Shown here: one piece after another, positions 30,706 through 40,386 of the stretch
Layout: the number at the start of each line of letters is the position of its first letter
Numbering within the stretch: position 1 is the stretch's first letter
Source of the DNA: an uncultured Marinoscillum sp.
Lineage (GTDB): Bacteria > Bacteroidota > Bacteroidia > Cytophagales > MED-G16
Length of the DNA stretch: 64,000 bases
Assembly (NCBI GenBank): GCA_902634135.1
Contig: CACPJB010000001.1
Span: 8,186 to 72,185, forward strand
Direction: 5' to 3'
Notes under the pieces: model-generated
The model's input: only the letters and a program-made list of their open reading frames with translations
Database searches by the model: none
Told to the model about the DNA's origin: nothing
Translations under genes and position numbers: made by a program

Positions 30706-33502
30706 TTCCTATACTTAGCTTAAATTCTCTCCTTGGAGATAAACTAGAGTAAATTGATTTAATATCATTTGTATAATAGTAACTTTCAACCTTTTCATCT
30801 AGGAGGTTTTTGATTCCAAGTCCTAATTTTAAATTATCTGTTGTTCCAAATTTGTAATTGAAATTTAGATTAAGACTATTAAAAGGTTCTGTAAAAATAT
30901 CTGGAACATAATTAACACCAACTATTTGAAGGGTTTTACCTTGAACGTTATAATTTAATGATCCTTCAAAATTATTATTAATTGAATTGTAGTTTAACCC
31001 TAGATTGACTAGATAGGGTGATTGTCCCTGAAGTTCTCTTTTTCTACTTACAACTTCTCCTGACCTTGCAGACTTTGTTCTTCCTTCATATTCCTTTTCA
31101 TCCATTATCTCTTCTGATCTTATTATTGATGTATTAAATTTTAAATTAAAATTTGATAAGTTTTCACTTAAAAATTTAAGATTTTTTCTAAGTTCAAGTT
31201 CCAACCCATAAACTATTGCTTCATCAACATTTTTAGGAGTATAGTCATTTGGACTTGCCCCATTATAAACAACAAGTTCTATTGGATTTGTAAAGTCTTT
31301 ATAAAACAAACTGATAGCATACATCTGAGCATCCTCTTGAAATAATTCCCATCTTAAATCATAATTCAAAATTTTTGTAGGTAGAATATCAATATTTCCA
31401 ATAAATGTAGTAGAAGTTACTGGATCAAATATTTGAGCAATAGATTTTTCTTTAAATGAAGGTCTTGCAATTGTTCTGGATAGTGAAAATCTTAAATTTG
31501 ACATTTCTTTAAGTCCATAAATAAGATTTATTGATGGAAATAAATCTAGTTCACCTAGAATATTTTCATCCTCATATACAATATCTCCTTGTTGATTCTG
31601 ACCTGTATAATATAGATTATAATTTTCAGCTCTTAGGCCTAATATACTTTTAAATTTATCTGAAAGAGAAAATTCATTTGATAGATAAAAAGATAAATTT
31701 GATTGAATTGCATTATAGGTATTTGATATCTCATAGTTACCATTAATATAACTTCCTTGACCTGAATTAATAGTCCATAAATTTTCATCAAATAAAATTT
31801 CATCTGGGTCTCCAGACCAACTGTATAGGTATTCTTTTCTGATATAAACTCTGTAATTAAGAATTTCAAAATCTCTTTCTTTAAAGGTATAACTGGAACC
31901 AATTTTGAATTTAGACTCTCTATTAAAAAGTGAATAATTTTTTGTTAAATCTACTTTACCAGTAAGATTATATTCATCTAAATATCTCCAAATACGAGTA
32001 GGATCTCCTGACTCACTTGGTTCAATTGTATATTTTTGTTCATCCCACCTGAAAGGTGTAAGTCGTAAGTCAGGATCTGTTACTTTAGAAAGAGTTGGAG
32101 ATATTTTCCAATCTACTATAAAATTACCAGAAGAATTAGAGTGTTTTCCTTCTAATAATACATTAGAAATCTGTCTTTGGGTATACTCTAAATTATCTTT
32201 ATATAACTCAACTGAATTTTCCCACAGATATTCCTGAAAAAAACTTCCAGCTCTAGACTCACCATTCTGAAGATGCATTAGGTTAATTTTAAACTTTGAC
32301 TGGTTTGTTTTATATGCAACTCCAACTAATCCACTAATAAATGCTTCTCTTTTACCTAGACTTCCAATTTGATATCTATCAATAACTAATTCAGAAATAT
32401 TTGGATCAACTTGTTTTCTCATCCAATAGTTCTCAAAATTTTCATAAAAAGTATAATCATTTTTGATATTAAATGAACTTATTAAACCAACAGTGTTTCC
32501 TGATTTTAAATTGTACTGATTTCCGTAAGTTATACCAAATCCAAAATTCATTAAGCTATTTCCAATTTTAGATGCAAGATTTGGATCAAAGGAGTTTGTT
32601 ATCGATGTGAGACTTGGATCCTGATCAACTGTTTGAGGGATAACAGTTCTTCTGTCTATTGGTACCTCTCTCATCCCATTGTCAAAACCTAACCAGTCTG
32701 TTTGACTTCCGTCATAATAAGGGAAGTTATCTTTAAAGTGCATTGATGGATTATAAGTTCCACTAAAAGAAATATTAAATTCTTTCTCTTCAGGGAAATC
32801 TTGTGTTTCAATATTTACTATGCCTCCAGTAAAGTCAGCTGGTAAGTCAGCACTTGATGATTTTAGTATAACAATATTTTTTATAAGATTTGTTGGGAAA
32901 ATATCCATTTGAAGGGTATTCCTGTCAGGGTCTAATCCAGGAATATCTAATCCATTTAAAATTGTTTTTGTATACCTATCTCCTAAACCTCTAACAAAAA
33001 CATATTTTCCTCCTTGAATAGAAACACCGGGAACTCTTTTTATAGCTGCTGCAGCATCACTGTCTCCAATTTTTTTAAAATTTTCTGCAGTTATTCCATC
33101 CAGAAGGTTAGGAGATTTTCTCTGTACAGTTAGAAGCGCTGACTCACTATTTGCGATTACTTCTGCTGTCACAACTACACTTTCTAGTAACTCTGACTCA
33201 TATTCTAAACTAACTGATAGTGGATAAATAGATCCTTTAATGATTTCTATATCTGTTACTAAAATACTTTCATATCCAACATATGAAAATTCAATAGAAT
33301 AAGTTCCAGGCTGTACCTCTAAGTTATAGTTGCCTTCAAAATCAGTTGTTGTTCCAGTCCCTAGTTCTTTGATAATTATATTTGCAAAAGGCAATCCTTC
33401 TTGAGATGATTTATCTTTTAATGTGCCCCTTATAATTCCATTTTGACTTGATGATAATTCGGGTATAAAGAATAATATTATTATTGTAATAATTCTTACC
33501 AT
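30695..33502 (-). CDS. TonB-dependent receptor with an N-terminal carboxypeptidase-regulatory-like domain
   Basis: 935 aa with a signal peptide, a CarboxypepD_reg-like segment (GIIRGTLKD...GNYNLEV), a plug (VPGVSIQGGKYVFVRGLGDRY) and a beta-barrel ending in an aromatic residue (..GINF). Confidence 0.85.
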   Translation of the reverse strand: MVRIITIIILFFIPELSSSQNGIIRGTLKDKSSQEGLPFANIIIKELGTGTTTDFEGNYNLEVQPGTYSIEFSYVGYESILVTDIEIIKGSIYPLSVSLEYESELLESVVVTAEVIANSESALLTVQRKSPNLLDGITAENFKKIGDSDAAAAIKRVPGVSIQGGKYVFVRGLGDRYTKTILNGLDIPGLDPDRNTLQMDIFPTNLIKNIVILKSSSADLPADFTGGIVNIETQDFPEEKEFNISFSGTYNPSMHFKDNFPYYDGSQTDWLGFDNGMREVPIDRRTVIPQTVDQDPSLTSITNSFDPNLASKIGNSLMNFGFGITYGNQYNLKSGNTVGLISSFNIKNDYTFYENFENYWMRKQVDPNISELVIDRYQIGSLGKREAFISGLVGVAYKTNQSKFKINLMHLQNGESRAGSFFQEYLWENSVELYKDNLEYTQRQISNVLLEGKHSNSSGNFIVDWKISPTLSKVTDPDLRLTPFRWDEQKYTIEPSESGDPTRIWRYLDEYNLTGKVDLTKNYSLFNRESKFKIGSSYTFKERDFEILNYRVYIRKEYLYSWSGDPDEILFDENLWTINSGQGSYINGNYEISNTYNAIQSNLSFYLSNEFSLSDKFKSILGLRAENYNLYYTGQNQQGDIVYEDENILGELDLFPSINLIYGLKEMSNLRFSLSRTIARPSFKEKSIAQIFDPVTSTTFIGNIDILPTKILNYDLRWELFQEDAQMYAISLFYKDFTNPIELVVYNGASPNDYTPKNVDEAIVYGLELELRKNLKFLSENLSNFNLKFNTSIIRSEEIMDEKEYEGRTKSARSGEVVSRKRELQGQSPYLVNLGLNYNSINNNFEGSLNYNVQGKTLQIVGVNYVPDIFTEPFNSLNLNFNYKFGTTDNLKLGLGIKNLLDEKVESYYYTNDIKSIYSSLSPRREFKLSIGINF

Positions 33503-33517
33503 AAAAAATATTTTAGC

Positions 33518-33549
33518 TAAAATAAAAATAGCCCGGAAAACTCCGGGCT
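33518..33549 (-). terminator. Intrinsic terminator/attenuator between the lipoprotein gene and the TonB-dependent receptor gene
   Basis: Perfect 9-bp stem TAGCCCGGA / TCCGGGCTA (33528-33536 and 33541-33549) with a 4-nt loop. On the minus strand it is followed by TTTTTATTTT. Confidence 0.65.
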
Positions 33550-33584
33550 ATTACTATATTAACTATTTGTTATTAAATCTTTAA

Positions 33585-35129
33585 TTAATATAGACCATTT
33601 GCTTTTGACCATGTCCAATCAAATCCAGCTAAGGTAGCACCAACAGTCTGACTTCCAGCAGTTACAACTGTTACGGCAGCACTTCCTGATGGATTGTTGA
33701 TCATTGTTCTTGTACCACTAATCTCAGGCATAATATTTAGAACATCAGTATCTGCAGTATTCAAAACAATTTCCCAGTTCTCAAATGTTAGCGTACCAGC
33801 TGCATAAGTTGCATCTGAACCAGAACTTAATGACAAATCTCCGTCACCTGCAGGTGGGAAGTTGTATGCATATACATTTTTATTTGCTCCTAAAGCAGAC
33901 TTTCTAAAGTCAGCAATTTCACTTTTAGCAGTACCACCGTTACCAATAAGAGTGATTCCATCCAAAGTATATCCTGCTTCCATAGAACCTTCAGGACCAT
34001 CAATTTCAAGAGCATGATCAGAACCAGGTCCTTGAAGAGATACACTGTTAGTAATTGAACCAGAGTATGATTGATCAATATCAATTCCATCGTCATCGTG
34101 GAAAGCTGTCATGCAATAGCTACAATCAACTGAACCACCAAAGAATTCAATACCGTCATCTTTGTTAGCAACAACTTCAACATATGAAATTGAAGTACCA
34201 GATCCTACACCTCCTAATGTCAGACCATTGATTTCATTACCTTCACCAAGTAGAGATCCACCATGTCTAATTGAAATGTAAGAAAGTGTTCCAGAATTGT
34301 CTGCGTCATCGTTACCACCATATGAGCCATATGGAACATCTGCAGGAATTCCTTCTATCTGAGCACTAACAACATCAATACCATCATCGTCAGATGCAGA
34401 TATTTTAGCCTTTCCTAATACAACCAATCCACCCCATAATCCTGAATCATCAGTTGTTAGGTTAGTACCAGAAGTTGATCCTAACTCGATATTATCTGAA
34501 GTTGAAGTAAAGATAATAGGAGAAGATGCAGTACCAACTGCGTTAATTTTTCCTCCCATAGCAACTACTAGAGCAGATGCTAGAGACCCTGTTCCTGGAG
34601 AACCTTTAATAATAGTTCCTGCCTCAATAGTTAAGGTAACACCATCAGCAACATATACTTTGTTATTAAGTATATGAAATCTGTCAGAAGTCCATGTTTC
34701 ATCAGCTTCAATAATACCTGTATGTTGTACTGGATCAGGAGTTACAACTACCGGTTCAGCTGTTACATCAATAACTGCTGTCTGAGAGCTTGATTTTCCT
34801 TGTGCATCTGTTACTGTAAGAGTTAGAGATGCTGCTCCAGCCTCTGCTCCAGCAGTAAAAGTAGCAACAACATTACCACTTGTAGCACCGGCATCTGGTT
34901 CTGATTTAGGTGTAGCTGATCCTCCAGTAAAAGCCCATGCACTTGATGCATATCCTCCTGGTGACGAAACTGTAAAACTTACATCAATAGCGCTATTAAC
35001 CTCTACTGATGATACTCCTGGTGCTGTGATGCTTGGAGCATCAAAAACCGGAGTAACTGGTTCTGGATCATCTTCACAAGCTGTGAGAATAAATAGACCT
35101 AGAACAAATAATCCTAATATTTTTTTCAT
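33585..35129 (-). CDS. Surface lipoprotein with an Ig-like N-terminal domain and a beta-helix-like repeat region, function unknown
   Basis: 514 aa with a lipobox (LFILTAC). It is rich in Gly/Ser/Thr/Ala/Asp and has recurring DDGID/DDGIEFFGG motifs. It is transcribed ahead of the TonB-dependent receptor on the same strand. Confidence 0.8.
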   Translation of the reverse strand: MKKILGLFVLGLFILTACEDDPEPVTPVFDAPSITAPGVSSVEVNSAIDVSFTVSSPGGYASSAWAFTGGSATPKSEPDAGATSGNVVATFTAGAEAGAASLTLTVTDAQGKSSSQTAVIDVTAEPVVVTPDPVQHTGIIEADETWTSDRFHILNNKVYVADGVTLTIEAGTIIKGSPGTGSLASALVVAMGGKINAVGTASSPIIFTSTSDNIELGSTSGTNLTTDDSGLWGGLVVLGKAKISASDDDGIDVVSAQIEGIPADVPYGSYGGNDDADNSGTLSYISIRHGGSLLGEGNEINGLTLGGVGSGTSISYVEVVANKDDGIEFFGGSVDCSYCMTAFHDDDGIDIDQSYSGSITNSVSLQGPGSDHALEIDGPEGSMEAGYTLDGITLIGNGGTAKSEIADFRKSALGANKNVYAYNFPPAGDGDLSLSSGSDATYAAGTLTFENWEIVLNTADTDVLNIMPEISGTRTMINNPSGSAAVTVVTAGSQTVGATLAGFDWTWSKANGLY

Positions 35130-35164
35130 GATTTATAATTTATTATTGATAAAAAATTTAAAAC

Positions 35165-35172
35165 CAAAAATA
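35165..35172 (-). promoter_or_regulatory. Candidate Bacteroidota -7 promoter element (TAnnTTTG) for the lipoprotein gene
   Basis: The minus strand reads TATTTTTG 34 nt upstream of the ATG at 35129. This is a motif match only, and such matches are expected by chance in AT-rich DNA. Confidence 0.3.
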
Positions 35173-35364
35173 TTAGTTGTATTTAAACATGATATGATGA
35201 TAATTTTATCTAGATATTATAAAATAATATATTTTATGTTAATTCTAAGTTACCTTTATGTTGTTAAAATAGATTCTAGATTATTTTAATATTAAGTATG
35301 AATTTTAATTTGAAATATTTAGAGTTTTAATTTTAATTAAAATTTTTAAAAGTAATTTTAACTC

Positions 35365-36465
35365 ATGAATAACTCTCAATCTATCTCTGTTCTTTTTGGT
35401 ATAATTGTTGGAATTATATCATTAACAACAGCGTTGTTACTTGGAGTTAGTGACGCAGAAAAGCTATTGACAGCGGGTATAATATCCATTTTTTCCTCGA
35501 CACTTTTATTTGCGATCATTACTGAAAATTTATTTGATAAGAAAATTAAAGAGATATATAAATCGTTCGAAAGAATAAGAAATAAAGAATTTGAAAGAAT
35601 AGAAGTTGATACATCTCTTCTTAGAAAAATTAATCCTTTAAAAGGAATAAATGAAGAAATATACAATTATGCTAATTTGAAACAATTAGAAATTGATGAG
35701 TTGAAAAGATTAGAAGCATTCAGAAGGGATTTTTTACAGGATGTATCCCACGAACTTAAAACACCAATTTTTGCAGCACAAGGTTTTGTTCACACATTAC
35801 TTGACAATATGAATGCCGATGATAAAATCAGAAAAAAATTCTTGAGTAAGGCAGCCAAGAGCTTAGATTATCTTGATCTACTTGTTAGAGATCTATTAAC
35901 AATATCTCAAATGGAGTCAGGAGAAATTAAAATGAAAATGGAAGCTTTTGATATCATTAGTTTAGTTAATGAGACAGTTGAGCAATTGGAGCCTCTCGCA
36001 AAAACTAGAGAAATAAGTCTTGAGACTGAATTTTTAGATAACAAATCAGTGGTAGTAATTGCTGATTATTATAGGATTTTTCAAGTTCTTAAAAATTTAA
36101 TATCTAATAGTATTAAATACTCAAATGATAATTCAATTATTACTATTAAGTGTGAAAAAAGAAAAAAAGTGATCAATCTTAAAGTAATTGACAATGGAAA
36201 AGGGATCCCTAAAAATCATAGGAGAAGAATATTTGAGAGATTTTATAGAATAGATAAAAGTAGATCAAAAGAGAAAGGTGGTACAGGTTTAGGCCTTGCA
36301 ATTGTTAAACATATCATTGAAGGTCACAAAACGAAAATTAAATTAAAATCTAAGATAAATAAAGGTTCAATTTTTTCATTTAATTTAAAACTTGCTCCTA
36401 AATCTTCTAAGAGAAGAAAATCTCTTAAAAAAATCTTGAAAAAGAATAAGGTTGAAATGATATAA
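35365..36465 (+). CDS. Sensor histidine kinase (HisKA + HATPase_c) with a minimal extracytoplasmic loop
   Basis: 366 aa. Two N-terminal TM helices are separated by about 5 residues. It has an H-box (VSHELKTPI), N-box (LISNSIKYS), G1 (DNGKGIP) and G2 (GGTGLGLAIVK). Confidence 0.85.
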   Translation: MNNSQSISVLFGIIVGIISLTTALLLGVSDAEKLLTAGIISIFSSTLLFAIITENLFDKKIKEIYKSFERIRNKEFERIEVDTSLLRKINPLKGINEEIYNYANLKQLEIDELKRLEAFRRDFLQDVSHELKTPIFAAQGFVHTLLDNMNADDKIRKKFLSKAAKSLDYLDLLVRDLLTISQMESGEIKMKMEAFDIISLVNETVEQLEPLAKTREISLETEFLDNKSVVVIADYYRIFQVLKNLISNSIKYSNDNSIITIKCEKRKKVINLKVIDNGKGIPKNHRRRIFERFYRIDKSRSKEKGGTGLGLAIVKHIIEGHKTKIKLKSKINKGSIFSFNLKLAPKSSKRRKSLKKILKKNKVEMI

Positions 36466-36505
36466 TATTTACATCATAAATATTGTTTTTATTTATTAAT
36501 AAATC

Positions 36506-36513
36506 TATTTTTG
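36506..36513 (+). promoter_or_regulatory. Candidate -7 promoter element (TAnnTTTG) for rplM-rpsI-rpsB-tsf
   Basis: TATTTTTG lies 19 nt upstream of the rplM ATG, with a TTG about 20 nt further upstream. Motif match only. Confidence 0.3.
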
Positions 36514-36531
36514 CTCACTTTTTAGAAGCAA

Positions 36532-36978
36532 ATGGATTCAAATAGTTACAAGACTAAATACTTAAATAAAGAATCAATTCAAAAGAATTGGTTTATCGTA
36601 AATGCTGATGGAAAGACATTAGGTAGATTTTCATCAGAAGTAGCAAAAGTTTTGAGGGGTAAACACAAAGCTTCATTCACACCTCATATGGATTGTGGGG
36701 ATTATGTAATTGTTTTAAATTCAGATGGTATAAAATTAACTGGTAAAAAATGGAGAGAAAAACAATATGTTTCTCACAGTGGTTATCCAGGAGGACAAAA
36801 AATTACTAATCCATTAGAACTTAAGGAAAAAAAATCATCAACATTCATAATAGAAAAAGCTGTAAAGGGCATGTTACCTAAAAATAGATTAGGAAGAAAA
36901 CTTTTTAGAAATCTTTTTGTTTATGAAAACTCAAATCATCCTCATGAAGGTCAAAAACCAAAAGAACTAAATATATAA
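36532..36978 (+). CDS. rplM: 50S ribosomal protein L13
   Basis: 148 aa with a canonical L13 sequence (WFIVNADGKTLGRF). Confidence 0.95.
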   Translation: MDSNSYKTKYLNKESIQKNWFIVNADGKTLGRFSSEVAKVLRGKHKASFTPHMDCGDYVIVLNSDGIKLTGKKWREKQYVSHSGYPGGQKITNPLELKEKKSSTFIIEKAVKGMLPKNRLGRKLFRNLFVYENSNHPHEGQKPKELNI

Positions 36979-36979
36979 T

Positions 36980-37366
36980 ATGGAATATATAAGTACATTA
37001 GGAAGAAGAAAGACATCAGTGGCTAGATTATATATGAAACCAGGGAAAGGAGAATTCATGATTAACGGAAAAAAATTAGATAAATATTTTTCATCTGAAT
37101 TATTAAGATTAATTGTTGAACAGCCTCTTAAATTAGTTGGAGTTGCTTCGAGTTTTGATTTTAAGGTTAACCTGTATGGAGGAGGTTTAAAAGGACAAGC
37201 TGAGGCAGTTAGATTAGCTGTTGCTAGAGCTTTAGTAAAAAATGATGATGAAACTAGACCTACTTTAAAGAAAGAAGGATTTCTTACTAGAGATCCAAGA
37301 ATGGTAGAAAGAAAAAAATATGGAAGAAGAAAAGCAAGAAGGGCGTTCCAGTGGGTTAAGAGATAA
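36980..37366 (+). CDS. rpsI: 30S ribosomal protein S9
   Basis: 128 aa with GGGLKGQAEAVRLAVARAL and a C-terminal KYGRRKARR. Confidence 0.95.
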   Translation: MEYISTLGRRKTSVARLYMKPGKGEFMINGKKLDKYFSSELLRLIVEQPLKLVGVASSFDFKVNLYGGGLKGQAEAVRLAVARALVKNDDETRPTLKKEGFLTRDPRMVERKKYGRRKARRAFQWVKR

Positions 37367-37372
37367 TATAAT

Positions 37373-38182
37373 ATGATTAAAAAATTAGAACATAAAGAAT
37401 TATTAAAAGCTGGTGTGCATTTTGGACATCTTACTAGGAAGTGGAATCCTAAAATGTCGGAATACATTTTCATGGAAAATAATGGAATTCATATAATTGA
37501 TCTCCATAAAACTATAGATTGTGCATATACTGCAGCAGCTTCGCTTCAAAATATTGCTAAGTCTGGTAGAAAGATAATGTTTGTAGCAACAAAAAAACAG
37601 GCTAAAACTTATGTTTCTGAGAAAGCTAAAGAACTTAATATGCCTTATGTTACAGAAAGATGGTTAGGTGGTATGTTAACAAATTTCTCTACAATTAGAA
37701 AATCATTAAAAAAACTTTCATCTCTTGAAAATATGCAAAGTCAAGACACATATACTCAAGACTTTTCTAAAAAGGAAAGATTAATGATTTCTAGAGATAA
37801 AGATAAATTAGAAAGAGCTCTTGGAGGTATTTCTTCATTAAATAGAATCCCAGCTGCATTATTTGTAGTTGATATTAAACATGAAGAGATAGCTGTTCAA
37901 GAAGCTAAGAAACTTAATATACCTATCTATGGGATGGTTGATACAAACTCTGATCCAAATTCAATTAATTTTGAGATTCCTTCAAATGATGATTCATTTA
38001 CTTCTGTTTCATTAATTATGGATTATGTTTCTGCAGCTATAGCTGAGGGACTTAAAGAGAGAGAAAAAATAAAAGAAGAAATTAGAATTAAACAAGAAAA
38101 AGAAGCGTCTGAAAAGGAGGCAAAAGAAAAAAAAGAGGCTGAAAAGAAAGCTAAGGATTCTAAGAAAGAAGTAACTAAATAA
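37373..38182 (+). CDS. rpsB: 30S ribosomal protein S2, with a Lys/Glu-rich C-terminal tail
   Basis: 269 aa with LLKAGVHFGH and RWLGGMLTNF. Confidence 0.95.
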   Translation: MIKKLEHKELLKAGVHFGHLTRKWNPKMSEYIFMENNGIHIIDLHKTIDCAYTAAASLQNIAKSGRKIMFVATKKQAKTYVSEKAKELNMPYVTERWLGGMLTNFSTIRKSLKKLSSLENMQSQDTYTQDFSKKERLMISRDKDKLERALGGISSLNRIPAALFVVDIKHEEIAVQEAKKLNIPIYGMVDTNSDPNSINFEIPSNDDSFTSVSLIMDYVSAAIAEGLKEREKIKEEIRIKQEKEASEKEAKEKKEAEKKAKDSKKEVTK

Positions 38183-38195
38183 ATTTTCAAGTATT

Positions 38196-39032
38196 ATGTC
38201 AGTAAATATTTCTGCAAAAGAAGTAAATGAACTAAGGCAAAAGACCGGTTCAGGTATGATGGATTGTAAAAAAGCACTTGTTGAGGCAGGTGGAGATTTT
38301 GATAAAGCAATTGATATTTTAAGAAAAAAAGGTCAAAAAGTTTCAGCAGCAAGGTCAAATAGAGAAACTTCTGAAGGAATTGTAATATATAAATTAAGCT
38401 CCAATGAAGAAAAAGCATCTATATTATCCTTTACTTGTGAGACTGATTTTGTTGCTAAAAATGAAGATTTTCAAGAACTAGCATCTAGAATTTTAGATAC
38501 AGCATTTGAAAATAACTTTTCATCTGTAGAGGAAATATTATCCTCAAAATTAGATTCCATGACTATAGAGCAAGAAATAGTTAACCTCATTGGAAAGATT
38601 GGAGAGAAAATTGAACTTAGACAGTATGAAAATCTAGAAGGAGAAAAAATTGTTCCTTATATACATGCTGGTAATAAATTAGGTGTATTGGTTTCTTTAG
38701 TTAATACCTCTTCAGTTGACTATGTTTCTGCAGGTAAAGACATTGCAATGCAAATTGCTGCAATGAATCCTATTGCTCTTAATAAAGATGGTGTAGACCA
38801 ATCTGTAATTGATAAAGAAATTGAAATTGGTAAAGAGCAAGCAATAAAAGAAGGAAAGCCTGAAAATATTGTTGAAAAAATTGCTCAGGGGAAGCTTCAA
38901 AAATTTTTCAAGGAAAATACTCTTTTGAGTCAATCTTTTGTGAAAGATAATTCTATGACAATTGAATCCTATCTTGGGACATTCTCATCTGACTTAAAAG
39001 TAGATAAGTTTCTAAGAGTATCAATAGGATAA
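38196..39032 (+). CDS. tsf: Translation elongation factor Ts
   Basis: 278 aa with the UBA-like N-terminus LRQKTGSGMMDCKKAL. It follows rpsB. Confidence 0.95.
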   Translation: MSVNISAKEVNELRQKTGSGMMDCKKALVEAGGDFDKAIDILRKKGQKVSAARSNRETSEGIVIYKLSSNEEKASILSFTCETDFVAKNEDFQELASRILDTAFENNFSSVEEILSSKLDSMTIEQEIVNLIGKIGEKIELRQYENLEGEKIVPYIHAGNKLGVLVSLVNTSSVDYVSAGKDIAMQIAAMNPIALNKDGVDQSVIDKEIEIGKEQAIKEGKPENIVEKIAQGKLQKFFKENTLLSQSFVKDNSMTIESYLGTFSSDLKVDKFLRVSIG

Positions 39033-39038
39033 TTTAAA

Positions 39039-40328
39039 TTAACTATTCATAATATCCTCTATTTCTTCTGGAAGAATAGGAATATTCTCCATTAGATTAT
39101 GATTTTGATTTTCTCCAATTAGTATATTATCTTCTAGTCTCACCCCTAAGTTTTCTTCTCTGATATATATACCTGGTTCAACTGTAAATACATTTCCAGG
39201 AGATAAATTAACATAGAAATTACCAACATCATGCACATCTAAACCTAGATGATGTGATGTTCCATGCATAAAATATTTTTTGTATACAGGGTTTTTAGGA
39301 TTTTGTTTTTTTACATCGTGTTTATCAATCAACTTTATTCTAATTAGTTCACTCTCCATTATTTTTCCAACCTCTTTATGATATTCATTAACTGAAATAC
39401 TTGGTCTTAAAATATTAGTAGCTTTATTTTTAACATTTAATACGGCATTATATATTTCTAATTGTCTTTTTGTGAATTTTCCGTTTACTGGTACTGTTCT
39501 TGTCATATCAGACTTATAATTGGAGTATTCAGCTGCAACATCCATTAATATTAGGTCACCAGACACACATAATGAATTATTAGTATTATAATGAAGAGAA
39601 CAAGCATTTATTCCAGAAGCAATTATTGGTTGATATGCAAATCCCTTAGATCTGTTTTTGATGAATTCATGAATAAATTCTGCCTCAATATCATATTCCC
39701 ATATATTAGGTTCTATATAACTTAAGACCCTTCTAAATCCTTTTTCTGTTATATTACAGGCTTTCTGAATTAAATCTATTTCAGTTTTATTTTTTATCAT
39801 TCTCAGTTCACTAAGAATAGGGTAAGATCTTTGAATTTCATAAGTTGGGTAGGATCTTTTAATTTCATTAATAAATCTTTCTTGAGGAGTTTCAATTTTA
39901 GTATTAGATCTTATATGTTCATTTTTTTCTAAATAAATAGATTTTGATTGAGCTAATATTAAGTCTAATACGTTTTTAAAATTATCATTCCACATAACTG
40001 TCTCAATACCAGATATTTTCCTTGCTTCCTCTTTAGTTAATTTATTTCCTTCCCAAATAGCAATTTCCTTACTAGTTTCTTTGATAAATAGTATTTCTCT
40101 CATTTTTTTATCTGGGAAATTTGGAGCTAATATTAAAAAAGTATCTTCCTGATCAATTCCTGTTAAATATAAAAGATTAGTATTTTGGACAAAGTGTAAT
40201 GTTTCATCAGCATTTGTAGGCATAAAATCATTCGAAACAAATACTGATACTGAATTTTTATCTACTTTGTTTAAAAAGTTTTTTCTATTATCAATAAAAA
40301 GAGAATTATCAATTATTTTGTATCTCAT
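39039..40328 (-). CDS. pepP: Xaa-Pro aminopeptidase (M24B)
   Basis: 429 aa with HGTSHHLGLDVHD and EPGIY..E metal-ligand motifs. Confidence 0.85.
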   Translation of the reverse strand: MRYKIIDNSLFIDNRKNFLNKVDKNSVSVFVSNDFMPTNADETLHFVQNTNLLYLTGIDQEDTFLILAPNFPDKKMREILFIKETSKEIAIWEGNKLTKEEARKISGIETVMWNDNFKNVLDLILAQSKSIYLEKNEHIRSNTKIETPQERFINEIKRSYPTYEIQRSYPILSELRMIKNKTEIDLIQKACNITEKGFRRVLSYIEPNIWEYDIEAEFIHEFIKNRSKGFAYQPIIASGINACSLHYNTNNSLCVSGDLILMDVAAEYSNYKSDMTRTVPVNGKFTKRQLEIYNAVLNVKNKATNILRPSISVNEYHKEVGKIMESELIRIKLIDKHDVKKQNPKNPVYKKYFMHGTSHHLGLDVHDVGNFYVNLSPGNVFTVEPGIYIREENLGVRLEDNILIGENQNHNLMENIPILPEEIEDIMNS

Positions 40329-40386
40329 TAGCTTTATTTTGTCTTAAAGATACATTAATTGTTAATAAATTTTTAATTTGCTTATT

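Noticed and set aside
33503-33584. Cobalamin or other riboswitch in front of the TonB-dependent receptor
   Set aside because: The spacer is only 82 nt and is fully accounted for by a simple terminator hairpin and AT-rich sequence. No conserved riboswitch core is visible.
36967-37473. 168-aa ORF antisense to rpsI and the start of rpsB. Similar long antisense ORFs occur at 9229-9639, 19901-20209, 46500-46796, 44693-44992, 22341-22619 and 59733-60026.
   Set aside because: All lie opposite Lys/Glu/Arg-rich coding sequence, whose complement (TTT/TTC/TCT) is naturally free of stops. Their translations are low-complexity Phe/Ser/Leu/Ile strings with no motifs. They are shadow ORFs.
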